This document shows positions 49,231-59,225 of a stretch of DNA of 64,000 nucleotides, one piece after another; positions within the stretch are counted from its first letter, which is position 1, and each line of letters opens with the position of its first letter. The notes beneath the pieces were generated by a model, which saw only the letters and a program-made list of their open reading frames with translations, did no database searches and had not been told where the DNA came from. This stretch comes from Sphingobacteriia bacterium (GTDB lineage: Bacteria; Bacteroidota; Bacteroidia; NS11-12g; UBA955). Position numbers and translations under genes: made by a program. The stretch is from the NCBI GenBank assembly GCA_021151535.1, contig JAGKXC010000007.1, forward strand, positions 8,434 to 72,433, written 5' to 3'.

Positions 49231-50028
49231 TTATTTTTTGTTTTTATCGGCAAAATCAAAGACTTTCTTAAGCAAATCTGTAGATCGATTGCTTAGAGAT
49301 GAGCGTAAATTATTTTCGCGGTTTTTGATTTCGTTAAATAGGGCGATGGTAGCTTTTTCCGTTACATAAGCCGTTAAATCGGGGTTAAGATCGGAAGTTA
49401 GACCTAGTGCTTTTTTGTTGTTATTGATAGCGGTAATAATGGGTTTCCAATAGTTGGTAATTTTTACTGCGTCTAGGGCTTGTTGAATATCTGGTTTGAA
49501 TGCAGCGATAAGCTGACTTTGGGTTTGGTTGCTTAAGTAGGTAGTTGCTGCACCATTTCCACCGGTTAAGATAGAAAGTGCATCAGAGAAGCTCATGTTG
49601 GTAATGGCGTTAGTGAAAATGGGCGATGCTTTGATCATGGCATTTTCGGCACCAACATTCATGGCTTCTTGCGCTTTTGCCACTTGGTTATCGATTTCTT
49701 TGCCAATGGTTGCGTTAAGGATAGTGTTGCTATGAATTTTACTAACTGCATCTTGCACTTCTTGGGGAAGTTTGATCATGTTGATGGGGTTTTGATTAAA
49801 AGCACCCGGTGTATTGAGGAGTTGAACACCGTTTTGAACACCTTGCTGCAATGCTTCTTTTAGGCCGGAGGCAGCTTCTTGTTGTGTTAGTGCGGGTATT
49901 GCTGGAGTTGATGAGCCTGTATTGAGGTTGGGCGCGACTGCTACGAGCGAATCAATGTTGATGGTTCCACAAGCGGTAAGTGATACAGCCAGGGTGAGCA
50001 TTGCGAAAGGATGAATTTTGATTTTCAT
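49231..50028 (-). CDS. DUF4197-like lipoprotein
   Basis: MKIKIHPFAMLTLAVSLTAC lipobox; start moved to ATG 50028. Confidence 0.5.
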   Translation of the reverse strand: MKIKIHPFAMLTLAVSLTACGTINIDSLVAVAPNLNTGSSTPAIPALTQQEAASGLKEALQQGVQNGVQLLNTPGAFNQNPINMIKLPQEVQDAVSKIHSNTILNATIGKEIDNQVAKAQEAMNVGAENAMIKASPIFTNAITNMSFSDALSILTGGNGAATTYLSNQTQSQLIAAFKPDIQQALDAVKITNYWKPIITAINNNKKALGLTSDLNPDLTAYVTEKATIALFNEIKNRENNLRSSLSNRSTDLLKKVFDFADKNKK

Positions 50029-50227
50029 TGTAGAGATATTCAAACGTAGACGAAAATCGCACAAAAGATTTGATTTTTAGATTAAATAGAACAATTTGTG
50101 GATGTTTTGCAATGGGCGATGATTTTTGCTATGCTTTTGCAGGGCAAGGAATTATTGAGTTTATTTGCAGGGTTAATGGCGAAATTAACTGAGAGGTTTA
50201 GTGATTCATCGCCAGAAAAAATAGAAG

Positions 50228-51025
50228 ATGTACGAATTTCACGGTAACAAAAAATATTATTTTGATATGACGCATAAGGTAACTGTGGGTCATATATTGC
50301 CATATATCCAGCAAAATTGGATGTTTCCGCAGGGGATGCAAGTTTTAGAAATTGGGTGTGGTGAAGCGGGTGTTTTAAAGGCATTTACCGATTTGGGATA
50401 TCATTGCACGGGGATTGAATTGGAGGAAAGTAGGTTAGAGTATGCGCGTGAATTCATGCAGCAGGAGTTGGCGAGCGGAAAAATTCAGTTTTTAAACAAG
50501 GATATTTACGATGTAGACCCAGAGGTAGATTTGGGCACGAAGTTCGATTTGATAATTTTGAAGGATGTAATTGAACATATTCCAGATCAAGAGCGATTTA
50601 TGCCTCAGCTGCATCGATTTTTGAAGCCTGGCGGTGTGATATTTTTTGCATTTCCGCCATGGATGATGCCGTATGGTGGACATCAGCAGGTTTTGCCTAA
50701 GAAATTGGCGAGCAAAATGCCTTATTACCATCTTTTGCCGGGTAAATTGTATCCAATGACGTTGAAGTTGATGGGAATAAATGAGAGTGGAATAAAGACG
50801 ATGGAGGAGATTCGATCTACGGGGATAAGTATTGAGCGTTTTGAGAAAATTGTGAAGCAGAGTGAGATGAAGGTTATGGGCAAGAAATCTTATTTATTTA
50901 ATCCCATTTACGAATATAAATTTGGAATAAAGCCAAGGATTCAATGGAGTTTAATAACGAAAATTCCATGGTTACGGAATTATCTTACCATGGGAATGTA
51001 CTATTTGGTTTGTTCCAATAAGTAA
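50228..51025 (+). CDS. class I SAM-dependent methyltransferase
   Basis: Motif I VLEIGCGEAGVL and downstream methyltransferase motifs. Confidence 0.8.
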   Translation: MYEFHGNKKYYFDMTHKVTVGHILPYIQQNWMFPQGMQVLEIGCGEAGVLKAFTDLGYHCTGIELEESRLEYAREFMQQELASGKIQFLNKDIYDVDPEVDLGTKFDLIILKDVIEHIPDQERFMPQLHRFLKPGGVIFFAFPPWMMPYGGHQQVLPKKLASKMPYYHLLPGKLYPMTLKLMGINESGIKTMEEIRSTGISIERFEKIVKQSEMKVMGKKSYLFNPIYEYKFGIKPRIQWSLITKIPWLRNYLTMGMYYLVCSNK

Positions 51026-51166
51026 GGATTCACGCAATTTATTGGCGGAGTTTGGTGGTGCTGAGATGATGTTTTTTGCGATAAATGCAAGAAATTGATT
51101 GCGCTAGGCGTTTATTTAGTAGGAAATACATATCAAACCTCTTATTTTTGCTTTTTAGCAGTGTAT

Positions 51167-52090
51167 ATGAAACAGTTAAAAACCCTATGTCTTGCGGCAA
51201 TTATTTGTGCGATTGCACCGAATGCACAGGCACAAGCCAAAAAAAGATTCAAAGGCAAGCCCATTGAATTTGGATTGTCTGTGGGTGCATCCAATTATAT
51301 GGGAGATTTAACCCCTTCAATTGCTTTGGGAGAATCTCACCTAGCTGGAGGGTTGTTATGTCGTTTCAATTATTCTGATTTTATCACATTGCGTGGAAAT
51401 GCTACTTTTGGACAGATCAGTGGCGACGATAAAAACTACAGTTCTGATCCATTCCGAAAGCAAAGAAATTTGAATTTCAAGAGTAACATCATGGAGTTTA
51501 GTGGTGTTGTAGAATGGAATATTTTGGGATTTGGAGAGACTACGAGGGAGAGACCATTTTCACCTTTTTTATATGCGGGTTTGGGCGTATTTAAGTTTAA
51601 CCCAATGACGCAATTTAATTACATGCCGAATGTTACAGACGCAACGGGGAAACCCATTCACGATGGTCAGTTGAAGCAGTTTGATGGCAAATGGATTGAA
51701 TTGCAACCGTTGGGAACTGAGGGGCAGGAAACTACCAAGTACAACGAAAGACGCAGGTACTCTTTAACGCAAGTTTGTGTACCAATTGGTTTTGGTTTCA
51801 AAAAACAAATTGATGAATTTTGGGCTGTGGGTGTAGATATGGGAGCTAGAATTACTTTCACAGATTATTTGGATGATGTAAGTTTAACTTACGTGGAAGA
51901 TCAAATTGTTGGTGGAAATAATGGTTTGTTAGCGGCTGCATTAGCAGATAGAGGCCCAGAATTGGGTTATGAAAGATTTTACAATGGCGATCCTAGAGGT
52001 ACTAGTAAGGCGAACGATATGTATTTGTTCTTAAACTTTACTTTAACCCGTAAAATCGTTGGCGGTAAAACGGTGTGTTTCCAATTCTAA
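51167..52090 (+). CDS. DUF6089-family outer-membrane beta-barrel protein
   Basis: Signal peptide MKQLKTLCLAAIICAIAPNAQA; FGLSVGASNYMGDL block; TATTTTTG -7 motif at 51143-51150. Confidence 0.55.
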   Translation: MKQLKTLCLAAIICAIAPNAQAQAKKRFKGKPIEFGLSVGASNYMGDLTPSIALGESHLAGGLLCRFNYSDFITLRGNATFGQISGDDKNYSSDPFRKQRNLNFKSNIMEFSGVVEWNILGFGETTRERPFSPFLYAGLGVFKFNPMTQFNYMPNVTDATGKPIHDGQLKQFDGKWIELQPLGTEGQETTKYNERRRYSLTQVCVPIGFGFKKQIDEFWAVGVDMGARITFTDYLDDVSLTYVEDQIVGGNNGLLAAALADRGPELGYERFYNGDPRGTSKANDMYLFLNFTLTRKIVGGKTVCFQF

Positions 52091-52217
52091 GGAAATTTAG
52101 GCTCGGTGTTGGACAAGAAAAGCGGCTTTTTATCGTTATAAAAGGATAGCCTTTCGATTGAATAAATTTTAAGGCATAATTCTAAACGATAATCGTATTC
52201 GCTGAATCCCAAATTTT

Positions 52218-53090
52218 ATGTTGAACGGAGTACATTTGAATTCATTAGTTACATTAAGACTAAAAAGTTCAATTCGTTTGACGATTTTGGGTTTGATGAT
52301 GTTATTGGTAAATTTATTGCAAGGGCAACGTTATTTTTCCGGCAGGAATGAATGGGGTGTGACTGGTGGATTTAGCAATTATTATGGTGATTTAAGTGCT
52401 GGATCAAGACTAGGTACGAATATGGGTCATTATCACCCAGCTTTTGGTGGTTTTTATAAGTACAATTTCTCGAGTCATTTTTCCTTGAGGAATCAAATTA
52501 CCTACATGAAAATTTCGGGTAATACTTCAGGTGTTGTTGGACGGGGATTTCAGAACCTCACATTTCAATCTGAGATTTATGAATTTGCTCCAATGATAGA
52601 GTTTAATTTCCATCCATTCGGTACAAATTTGCGTGATGGAATGGTTACTCCATATGTTTTAACTGGTCCTTCAATCTTTTATTTTAATCCAACGCGTTTG
52701 GAGAATGAGGATATTCATTTGCGAAACTTGAATACAGAGGCTAGAAAACATCCTTATAGTTTGATTCAGCCTTCTATTCCTTTGGGTTTTGGTGTAAAAA
52801 CAATGACGCCGCCACAAAGAGGCAAAGGTTCTTTAATTGTAGGATTGGAAATTGTTTGGCGTAAGACGTTTACGGATTACTTGGATGACGTGTCTACGAG
52901 TTATGGCGACTTCAATTCTATGAAGGAAAACCAGGGATTGGCTTCGGCTGAAAATGGTCAGGCACAAGTATTAAATGGTGGTCAGGTAGTTCCAGCTGGA
53001 ACCATGCGCGGCGATACTCATTTGAAAGATTGGTATTATTTTGTGGGATTAAGCTTATCTTATCGATTTACACCTTTAATTTGCAGATAA
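52218..53090 (+). CDS. DUF6089-family protein (tandem paralog)
   Basis: WGVTGGFSNYYGDL block paralogous to the upstream gene. Confidence 0.5.
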   Translation: MLNGVHLNSLVTLRLKSSIRLTILGLMMLLVNLLQGQRYFSGRNEWGVTGGFSNYYGDLSAGSRLGTNMGHYHPAFGGFYKYNFSSHFSLRNQITYMKISGNTSGVVGRGFQNLTFQSEIYEFAPMIEFNFHPFGTNLRDGMVTPYVLTGPSIFYFNPTRLENEDIHLRNLNTEARKHPYSLIQPSIPLGFGVKTMTPPQRGKGSLIVGLEIVWRKTFTDYLDDVSTSYGDFNSMKENQGLASAENGQAQVLNGGQVVPAGTMRGDTHLKDWYYFVGLSLSYRFTPLICR

Positions 53091-53102
53091 ATTGATCTCC
53101 CC

Positions 53103-53855
53103 GTGTCAAAAAATCCTTCATTAGTTTCCCAAATTAACAAAAATCGCATTCCTGAGCATATTGCCATCATTATGGATGGTAACGGTCGATGGGCAAAGCG
53201 CAAAGGACATTTACGGATTTTTGGTCATCAGCATGGTGTTGGTGCGGTTAGACAGGTATTAGAGGCGGGTGTTGAAGTGGGAGTGAAGTATCTAACATTG
53301 TATGCTTTTAGTACTGAGAATTGGAATCGCCCTATCATCGAGGTAAATGCATTAATGGAGTTGTTGGTGGATACCATTGAGAAAGAGATACCTACTTTTA
53401 TGGAGAATGGTGTTCGGTTAAAGGTGATTGGTAATCAGGAGCAGTTACCCGAAAAATGCAGAAACCAGTTGGCGGAGGCGATGGAAATTACGGCCAATAA
53501 CGATACATTGACGTTAATTTTAGCTTTAAGTTATAGTGGCAGATGGGATATCATGGAAGCGGTCAAAAAAATAGCCGTACAAGTGAAAGAAGGAATATTA
53601 TCGCCAGAAGAAATAACAGAAAAGCATATGGATTTGGGGTTGGATACAGCTGAATATCCTAATCCAGATTTATTGATTAGGACAAGCGGCGAGATGCGAA
53701 TTAGTAATTTCTTGCTTTGGGAAATAGCCTATTCAGAAATTTATTTTACACCTGTTTTATGGCCAGATTTTACCAAAGACGATTTTTATCGTGCGATTAT
53801 CGATTTTCAAGGCAGAGAACGCAGATTTGGAAAAACTAGTGAGCAAATTGCATAA
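53103..53855 (+). CDS. uppS: isoprenyl transferase (undecaprenyl-diphosphate synthase)
   Basis: HIAIIMDGNGRWA and FSTENWNRP motifs; GTG start. Confidence 0.9.
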   Translation: MSKNPSLVSQINKNRIPEHIAIIMDGNGRWAKRKGHLRIFGHQHGVGAVRQVLEAGVEVGVKYLTLYAFSTENWNRPIIEVNALMELLVDTIEKEIPTFMENGVRLKVIGNQEQLPEKCRNQLAEAMEITANNDTLTLILALSYSGRWDIMEAVKKIAVQVKEGILSPEEITEKHMDLGLDTAEYPNPDLLIRTSGEMRISNFLLWEIAYSEIYFTPVLWPDFTKDDFYRAIIDFQGRERRFGKTSEQIA

Positions 53856-53859
53856 TTAT

Positions 53860-56439
53860 TTGAAAAAGTTTGCTTTCATAGCGTTATGGTTTCTGCTTTT
53901 GGGTAAGGTTTATGCCCAGCGCGCAGATAGTTTATATGAAAAGGCTGCGGTCATTCATTACGATTTTTTAGAACCTAAAACTTATATCATCCGAAACATT
54001 CTTGTTTCTGAGGTTAATGGTAGGCCGGTAATGAAATCGCAGGTTCTATTTTATTCCGGACTTTCTATAGGTCAGAAGATTAAAATACCCGGATCAGAGA
54101 TTGCCAAATCAGTAGAAAATCTCTGGGCGCGCGATTTCTTTAGCGATATTCAGGTTTATTTTCAGCCAATCAACGATGAGGAAATTGTGGTTCATTACCG
54201 CGTACAGGATCAACCTCGTTTAAATGGCCATAGATTTATTGGATTAACAAATGCTCAGGCTAAGACTTTAAAGGAAGAGGTTGGATTGAAGAAAGGCATG
54301 TATATCAATCCCAATTTGGTAAATAGGAGTATTGATAAGGTATTGAAGTATTATCAAGAAAAGGGATTCTATAACGTTAAGTGTTATATCAATCGCAAGC
54401 AAGCCTTCAATCAGGATAGCACCGCAATGGTAGGTTATGAGAATTTTGATTTTGTAATTGATAGAGGTCCGAAAGTAAAAGTTTACGATTTCGACTTTGA
54501 AGGAAACAACATGGTGGCAGATGCGGATTTGAGGAAGAGTATTAAAGGTGTAAAGCGAAGATTTAACAAGGTTAATATTTTTAAATCATCGAAATACATT
54601 GAATCCAAGTTTGCAGAGGAGAGAGACAATATTGTAAAATATTATTTAAGTAAGGGTTATCGTGATGTTAGAATCATTAGCGACAGCGTTTCTTTAATGA
54701 ACAGCAAACGTGTAATTATACATATTTCAGTATTTGAAGGCAACTTATACCGTTATCGGAATATTTCTTGGAAGGGCAATTTGAAATACCGAACCGGCAT
54801 GTTAGATACGGTTTTGGGAATCAAGAAGGGCGATATATTTAATCAGAGTTTATTGGATGAGCGGTTGAGGAACAACCAAGGTGGCTTTGACGTGCAAAGC
54901 TTATACATGGATGATGGTTATCTTTTCTTTCAAATGACAGAAGTAGAAACCGGTGTTTACAATGATAGCATTGATTTGGAGATTCGTATCAATGAAGGCC
55001 CTAGGGCAACCATCGCTTCTGTTACTTGGGAAGGGAATACCAAAACGAGCGACAGGGTAATTCAAAGAGAAATTAGAACAAAGCCGGGCGATGTTTTTAG
55101 CAGGAGTGATATTCAAAGAACCATGCGCGATTTGGCCGCTTTGAATTTGTTTGATCCTGCGAAATTGAATGTGAATCCAAAGCCGAACCCAGAAGATGGT
55201 ACGGTTGACATCAAGTATACAGTTGTTGAAAAACCAAGTGACCAGATTGAATTGAGCGGCGGCTGGGGTGGCGGAGGCTACCAATACGGTTTGGGTTATA
55301 ATACAACGCCTACTTTGATTGGTACAGCGGGTATTATGTTAAACAATTTCAGCAGAAGAAAGATGTTTAAGCCTGAGTTATGGAATCCAGTACCAACGGG
55401 CGATGGCCAGAAATTGAGTTTGAGAGCGCAAAGTAATGGTGCGTTGTATCAAGGTTATACATTCTCTTATACAGAGCCATGGTTTGGTGGTAAAAAGCCC
55501 AATAGTTTAAGTGTGAGTATTTTCCATACTGTAAATGCATTTGACTATTTACCAAAGAGCAATGATGCCCATAAATCGTTATTCAATACGGGTGCAACTA
55601 TTAGTTTTGGTAAGCGTTTAAAATGGCCAGATGACTTCTTCAACATCCAGTATATGTTGAGTTTCCAGCGTTACAAAATGCAGAATATGGAAGGAAGTTA
55701 CTATGGTTTCCCAACAGGGTTTTCAGGAATAAGTTATAACCCATCACTGAATATTATTTTAACGCGTAACTCTGTAAACGAACCCATATATCCAACCAGT
55801 GGAAGTACCATTACCATCAACGGACAGGCTACACCGCCATTGAGTTTATTTAGTCATAAGAATTACACAGAGCTTACTCCAAACGAAAAGTACAAGTGGG
55901 CCGAGTTTTATAAGTTAAAAGTAGATGCAGAGTGGTACACTCCGGTTTACAAGAAAATGGTGTTGATGACCAAAGCCAGAATGGGTTATTTGGGTTATTA
56001 CAACAAGGATTTGGGCTTAACATTCTTTGAGCGTTTCAAAGTGGGTGGATCTGGTATGTATGGTTACAATATTGCTGCGGTGGAGATTATTTCTCAGCGT
56101 GGATATGATAACTATACCATTTCTGATGCGGCGATGGGCGGTCAAGTGGGTGCACCAATTTACAATAAGTTTACGATGGAGTTGAGGCAGGCGATTACCA
56201 ACAGTCCTACAGCAACAGTATATGGTTTAGCGTTTTTTGAAGCGGGCGATGCTTGGAGCAGTATGAAGAAATACAATCCATTTCAGTTGAAGCGTGCTGC
56301 GGGTGTTGGTATACGTTTGTTTATGCCGATGTTTGGTTTGATTGGTTTGGATTGGGCATATGGATTTGATTATAAGCAAGTACCGGGCAGTAGCACAAAA
56401 CCAACACAGATTCACTTCTTTATCGGACAACAGTTCTAA
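53860..56439 (+). CDS. bamA: outer membrane protein assembly factor BamA
   Basis: POTRA repeats and Omp85 barrel. The ORF-track GTG start at 53791 overlaps uppS by 65 nt; an in-frame TTG at 53860 gives MKKFAFIALWFLLLGKVYAQ, a canonical signal peptide. Confidence 0.8.
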   Translation: MKKFAFIALWFLLLGKVYAQRADSLYEKAAVIHYDFLEPKTYIIRNILVSEVNGRPVMKSQVLFYSGLSIGQKIKIPGSEIAKSVENLWARDFFSDIQVYFQPINDEEIVVHYRVQDQPRLNGHRFIGLTNAQAKTLKEEVGLKKGMYINPNLVNRSIDKVLKYYQEKGFYNVKCYINRKQAFNQDSTAMVGYENFDFVIDRGPKVKVYDFDFEGNNMVADADLRKSIKGVKRRFNKVNIFKSSKYIESKFAEERDNIVKYYLSKGYRDVRIISDSVSLMNSKRVIIHISVFEGNLYRYRNISWKGNLKYRTGMLDTVLGIKKGDIFNQSLLDERLRNNQGGFDVQSLYMDDGYLFFQMTEVETGVYNDSIDLEIRINEGPRATIASVTWEGNTKTSDRVIQREIRTKPGDVFSRSDIQRTMRDLAALNLFDPAKLNVNPKPNPEDGTVDIKYTVVEKPSDQIELSGGWGGGGYQYGLGYNTTPTLIGTAGIMLNNFSRRKMFKPELWNPVPTGDGQKLSLRAQSNGALYQGYTFSYTEPWFGGKKPNSLSVSIFHTVNAFDYLPKSNDAHKSLFNTGATISFGKRLKWPDDFFNIQYMLSFQRYKMQNMEGSYYGFPTGFSGISYNPSLNIILTRNSVNEPIYPTSGSTITINGQATPPLSLFSHKNYTELTPNEKYKWAEFYKLKVDAEWYTPVYKKMVLMTKARMGYLGYYNKDLGLTFFERFKVGGSGMYGYNIAAVEIISQRGYDNYTISDAAMGGQVGAPIYNKFTMELRQAITNSPTATVYGLAFFEAGDAWSSMKKYNPFQLKRAAGVGIRLFMPMFGLIGLDWAYGFDYKQVPGSSTKPTQIHFFIGQQF

Positions 56440-56482
56440 GGATTAACATAATTTAGATTCCGTTTGGGTTCTGATAATCAAT

Positions 56483-56515
56483 AAAAAAAGCCATCGTTTT
56501 GCGATGGCTTTTTTG
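56483..56515. terminator. bidirectional rho-independent terminator after bamA
   Basis: A7-GCCATCG-tttt-CGATGGC-T6. Confidence 0.65.
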
Positions 56516-56534
56516 TTATGCGTTGTTGGCAAAA

Positions 56535-57887
56535 TTACAAATCAAATTTAATTCCTTGTGCCAAAGGCAATGTAGTACCGTAATTGATGGTATTGGTTTG
56601 TCTGCGCATGTAGGCTTTCCAAGCGTCTGAACCGCTTTCACGACCGCCACCCGTTTCTTTTTCACCACCGAAAGCACCACCAATTTCAGCACCGGAGGTG
56701 CCGATGTTTACGTTGGCAATTCCACAATCGGAGCCACGTGCACTGAGGAAATGTTCAGCCTCAAGCAGGTTATTCGTAAATACAGCACTTGATAGACCTT
56801 GTTTTACGCCATTTTGGATGGCAATGGCTTCATCGAAGTTGTTGTATTGTAAAAGGTATAAAATGGGGGCGAATGAACAGCATCGGTATCGATCAATGGC
56901 CCTACGTGATTGTTTTCATCGAGCGGATTGCCAATTTTCAATTGTTGGTAGGCTTTGATTAAGCGATTTTTCACTTCCTCGTATAAGCTGGAATGAACGA
57001 TTAAACGCCGGGTAGTTGTACAACGTTGACCGGCAGTACCCACGGCACCGAACAATACTGCAACAATGGCGATATCAAGATTGGCTTCAGGGGTAAGGAT
57101 AATAGCATTATTTCCACCCAATTCTAGTATGGATTTGCCGAGGCGGGCGGCAACTTTTTGGGCAACATCTTTACCCATTCTGGTGCTACCGGTAGCGCTT
57201 ACTAGGGCGATTCTTTCATCTGTACTCATGGCGTTTCCGATATTTCTATCGCCATTTACAATACAGAAAATACCTTCTGGCAGGGCATTGTTTTTCAATA
57301 CATTTTGAAGGATATGTTGTACAGCAGCAGCGCTTGCGGGTGTTTTTTCAGATGGCTTCCAGATGCATACGTTTCCACAGATGGCGGCAAGCATCGCGTT
57401 CCAACTCCAAACGGCAACAGGGAAATTGAACGCAGAGATGATACCCACGATTCCCAATGGATGCCACTGTTCATACATGCGGTGGTTGGGACGTTCGGAG
57501 TGCATGGTAAGGCCATGAAGCTGACGTGAAAGTCCTACTGCAAAATCGCAGATATCAATCATTTCTTGAACTTCGCCGAGACCTTCTTGTAGCGCCGAGG
57601 TTGGCTTTGTTTTTCCGCAATTCATCGCCAATTTGACGAACGATTTCGCCGCGTTTTGGAGCGGGCATATTTCTCCATTCTATGTAGGCATTTTGTGCAG
57701 TTTCTACCACATTATTCCAGGTAGTTTGGTTTGCATAAGCTACGGAAGTAATCTTTTTTCCATCTACAGGAGAATGGATATTACGGGTATTTTCGATGCC
57801 GTGGCTAATGGATTGCAAGCCTGTAGAAGCTGGAGGTAATTGGTTTCCAATACCAAAACCTGCTAGAATTTCCTGGATATTTTGCAT
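56535..57887 (-). pseudogene. ALDH7-family (L-piperideine-6-carboxylate / alpha-aminoadipic semialdehyde dehydrogenase) gene disrupted by at least two frame changes
   Basis: Three collinear minus-strand frames read the ALDH7 N-terminus ([17 protein letters not shown]), middle ([21 protein letters not shown]...FNFPVAVW...[11 protein letters not shown]) and C-terminus ([39 protein letters not shown]). About 9-12 residues are missing at the first junction (about 57600) and there is a shift in a C5 run near 56885. Confidence 0.7.
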
Positions 57888-57926
57888 AAGAATGAATCTT
57901 AAACAAAGATAGGAAAAGAGTAGAAT

Positions 57927-58619
57927 CTATTTTTCTTTTCGCATTACCAGATATACACCAACAAGGGATAGCAACAGTCCTACGAACATATTCCATCGAA
58001 TGGGCTCGTGATCAAATAACCCCCAGGCAACGGCCACAACAGGAATAACGAATGTATTGGTTGAGGCAACGAGGGCGGTGGTGTGTTCGATGAGGTAATT
58101 GAAGAGCATCATGGAAATGGCGCTACCAATAAATCCGAGGATGGCCATGAATCCGAATGCTTTCCAAGCATTTTGGAATTGTAGCATTTGTTTGGCGGCA
58201 ATGAGGGGATCGCTATGTTGCGGAATTGTAAAAAGTTGGGCATTGGGCCAACAATTTAGGATTTGGGTTTTGTATAATACAATGACATAAAGCAAACCCA
58301 TAAAGAAGAATGGGAAAGCGGTTTTGGCCATGGGTGGAATGTGGGCGAGACGTGTTTTGATGAGATTGATATTATAACCGTAAAGCAGTGAGGCTGTGAG
58401 GCCCATAGCGGCACCTGCGAGGTTGATAGACATCTCTTTGTTACCCAAAAAGGAAGGTCCGAGCAGGAACACAGCGCCCAAAATTCCAGAAACAACGCCC
58501 AGAATGCCGTTGCGTGTAATGGGGCTTTTAAAAATCAGAACACCCACAACTAGCGTAAAAACAGGGGTAAAGGCGTTTAAGATGCCGCTTAACCCTGAGG
58601 GGATGAGCACCCCGGCCAT
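57927..58619 (-). CDS. EamA/DMT-family transporter, apparently N-terminally truncated (230 aa, about 7 TM)
   Basis: EamA-like TM pattern; stops in all frames immediately upstream of the ATG leave no room for the first 2-3 helices. Confidence 0.55.
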   Translation of the reverse strand: MAGVLIPSGLSGILNAFTPVFTLVVGVLIFKSPITRNGILGVVSGILGAVFLLGPSFLGNKEMSINLAGAAMGLTASLLYGYNINLIKTRLAHIPPMAKTAFPFFFMGLLYVIVLYKTQILNCWPNAQLFTIPQHSDPLIAAKQMLQFQNAWKAFGFMAILGFIGSAISMMLFNYLIEHTTALVASTNTFVIPVVAVAWGLFDHEPIRWNMFVGLLLSLVGVYLVMRKEK

Positions 58620-58775
58620 GCTAAAATCCTCGTTTCATTAGTATAAAAGAACTGCCCCAAATTGAGCCAAGAAAGATGATTAGAAAAAGGGGTAACCAAG
58701 AAAATCTCACTCTACAAAGTTAGGCTTTTTGCATAGGATGCTTGTAATGCGTGTTGAATTGCTGAAATTTGTATT

Positions 58776-59225
58776 ATGAGAAAGTTGTTTTCTGCATTTA
58801 TCATGCTGTTGGCTGTTAGTTTAGAATTGCATGCGGCAAAGGCGGATTATACTTTTCGTAATTCTTCGGGCGATTCTTTGGATCAAGATTTACAACTGAT
58901 AGTTTGTAAGGAAATTGCAACGCATCAATTGGGTTTGAAACGCCGACAGAATTCAGGCATTACTCATGGATATCTGATTGATTATAATCGGTTAGAACTA
59001 TGGGCCAACCCTAGAATCAATGCCGATTTGCGTGGAATAGTTACGGCAAAATTTAGGGCCGTAGGCAAGCGCGATTCCGTGGGATTTGATTTAATAAATA
59101 CCCTCATTATTGATTCGGTATGGAACAAAGATGGCAGATTAAATTTCAATCGCCAAGGAGATGCATTTTATGTTGTAAAGCCTGGAGGCTGGGTTGATCA
59201 AGAAGCAGATTCTTTGTGGCCATAA
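58776..59225 (+). CDS. M1 aminopeptidase N-terminal beta-domain fragment (same gene as the next ORF, frame-shifted)
   Basis: Signal peptide MRKLFSAFIMLLAVSLELHA; ORF stops at 59225 while the M1 sequence continues in the +1 frame from 59194. Confidence 0.5.
   Translation: MRKLFSAFIMLLAVSLELHAAKADYTFRNSSGDSLDQDLQLIVCKEIATHQLGLKRRQNSGITHGYLIDYNRLELWANPRINADLRGIVTAKFRAVGKRDSVGFDLINTLIIDSVWNKDGRLNFNRQGDAFYVVKPGGWVDQEADSLWP

Noticed and set aside
54901-55284. 127-aa minus-strand ORF
   Set aside because: Antisense within bamA.
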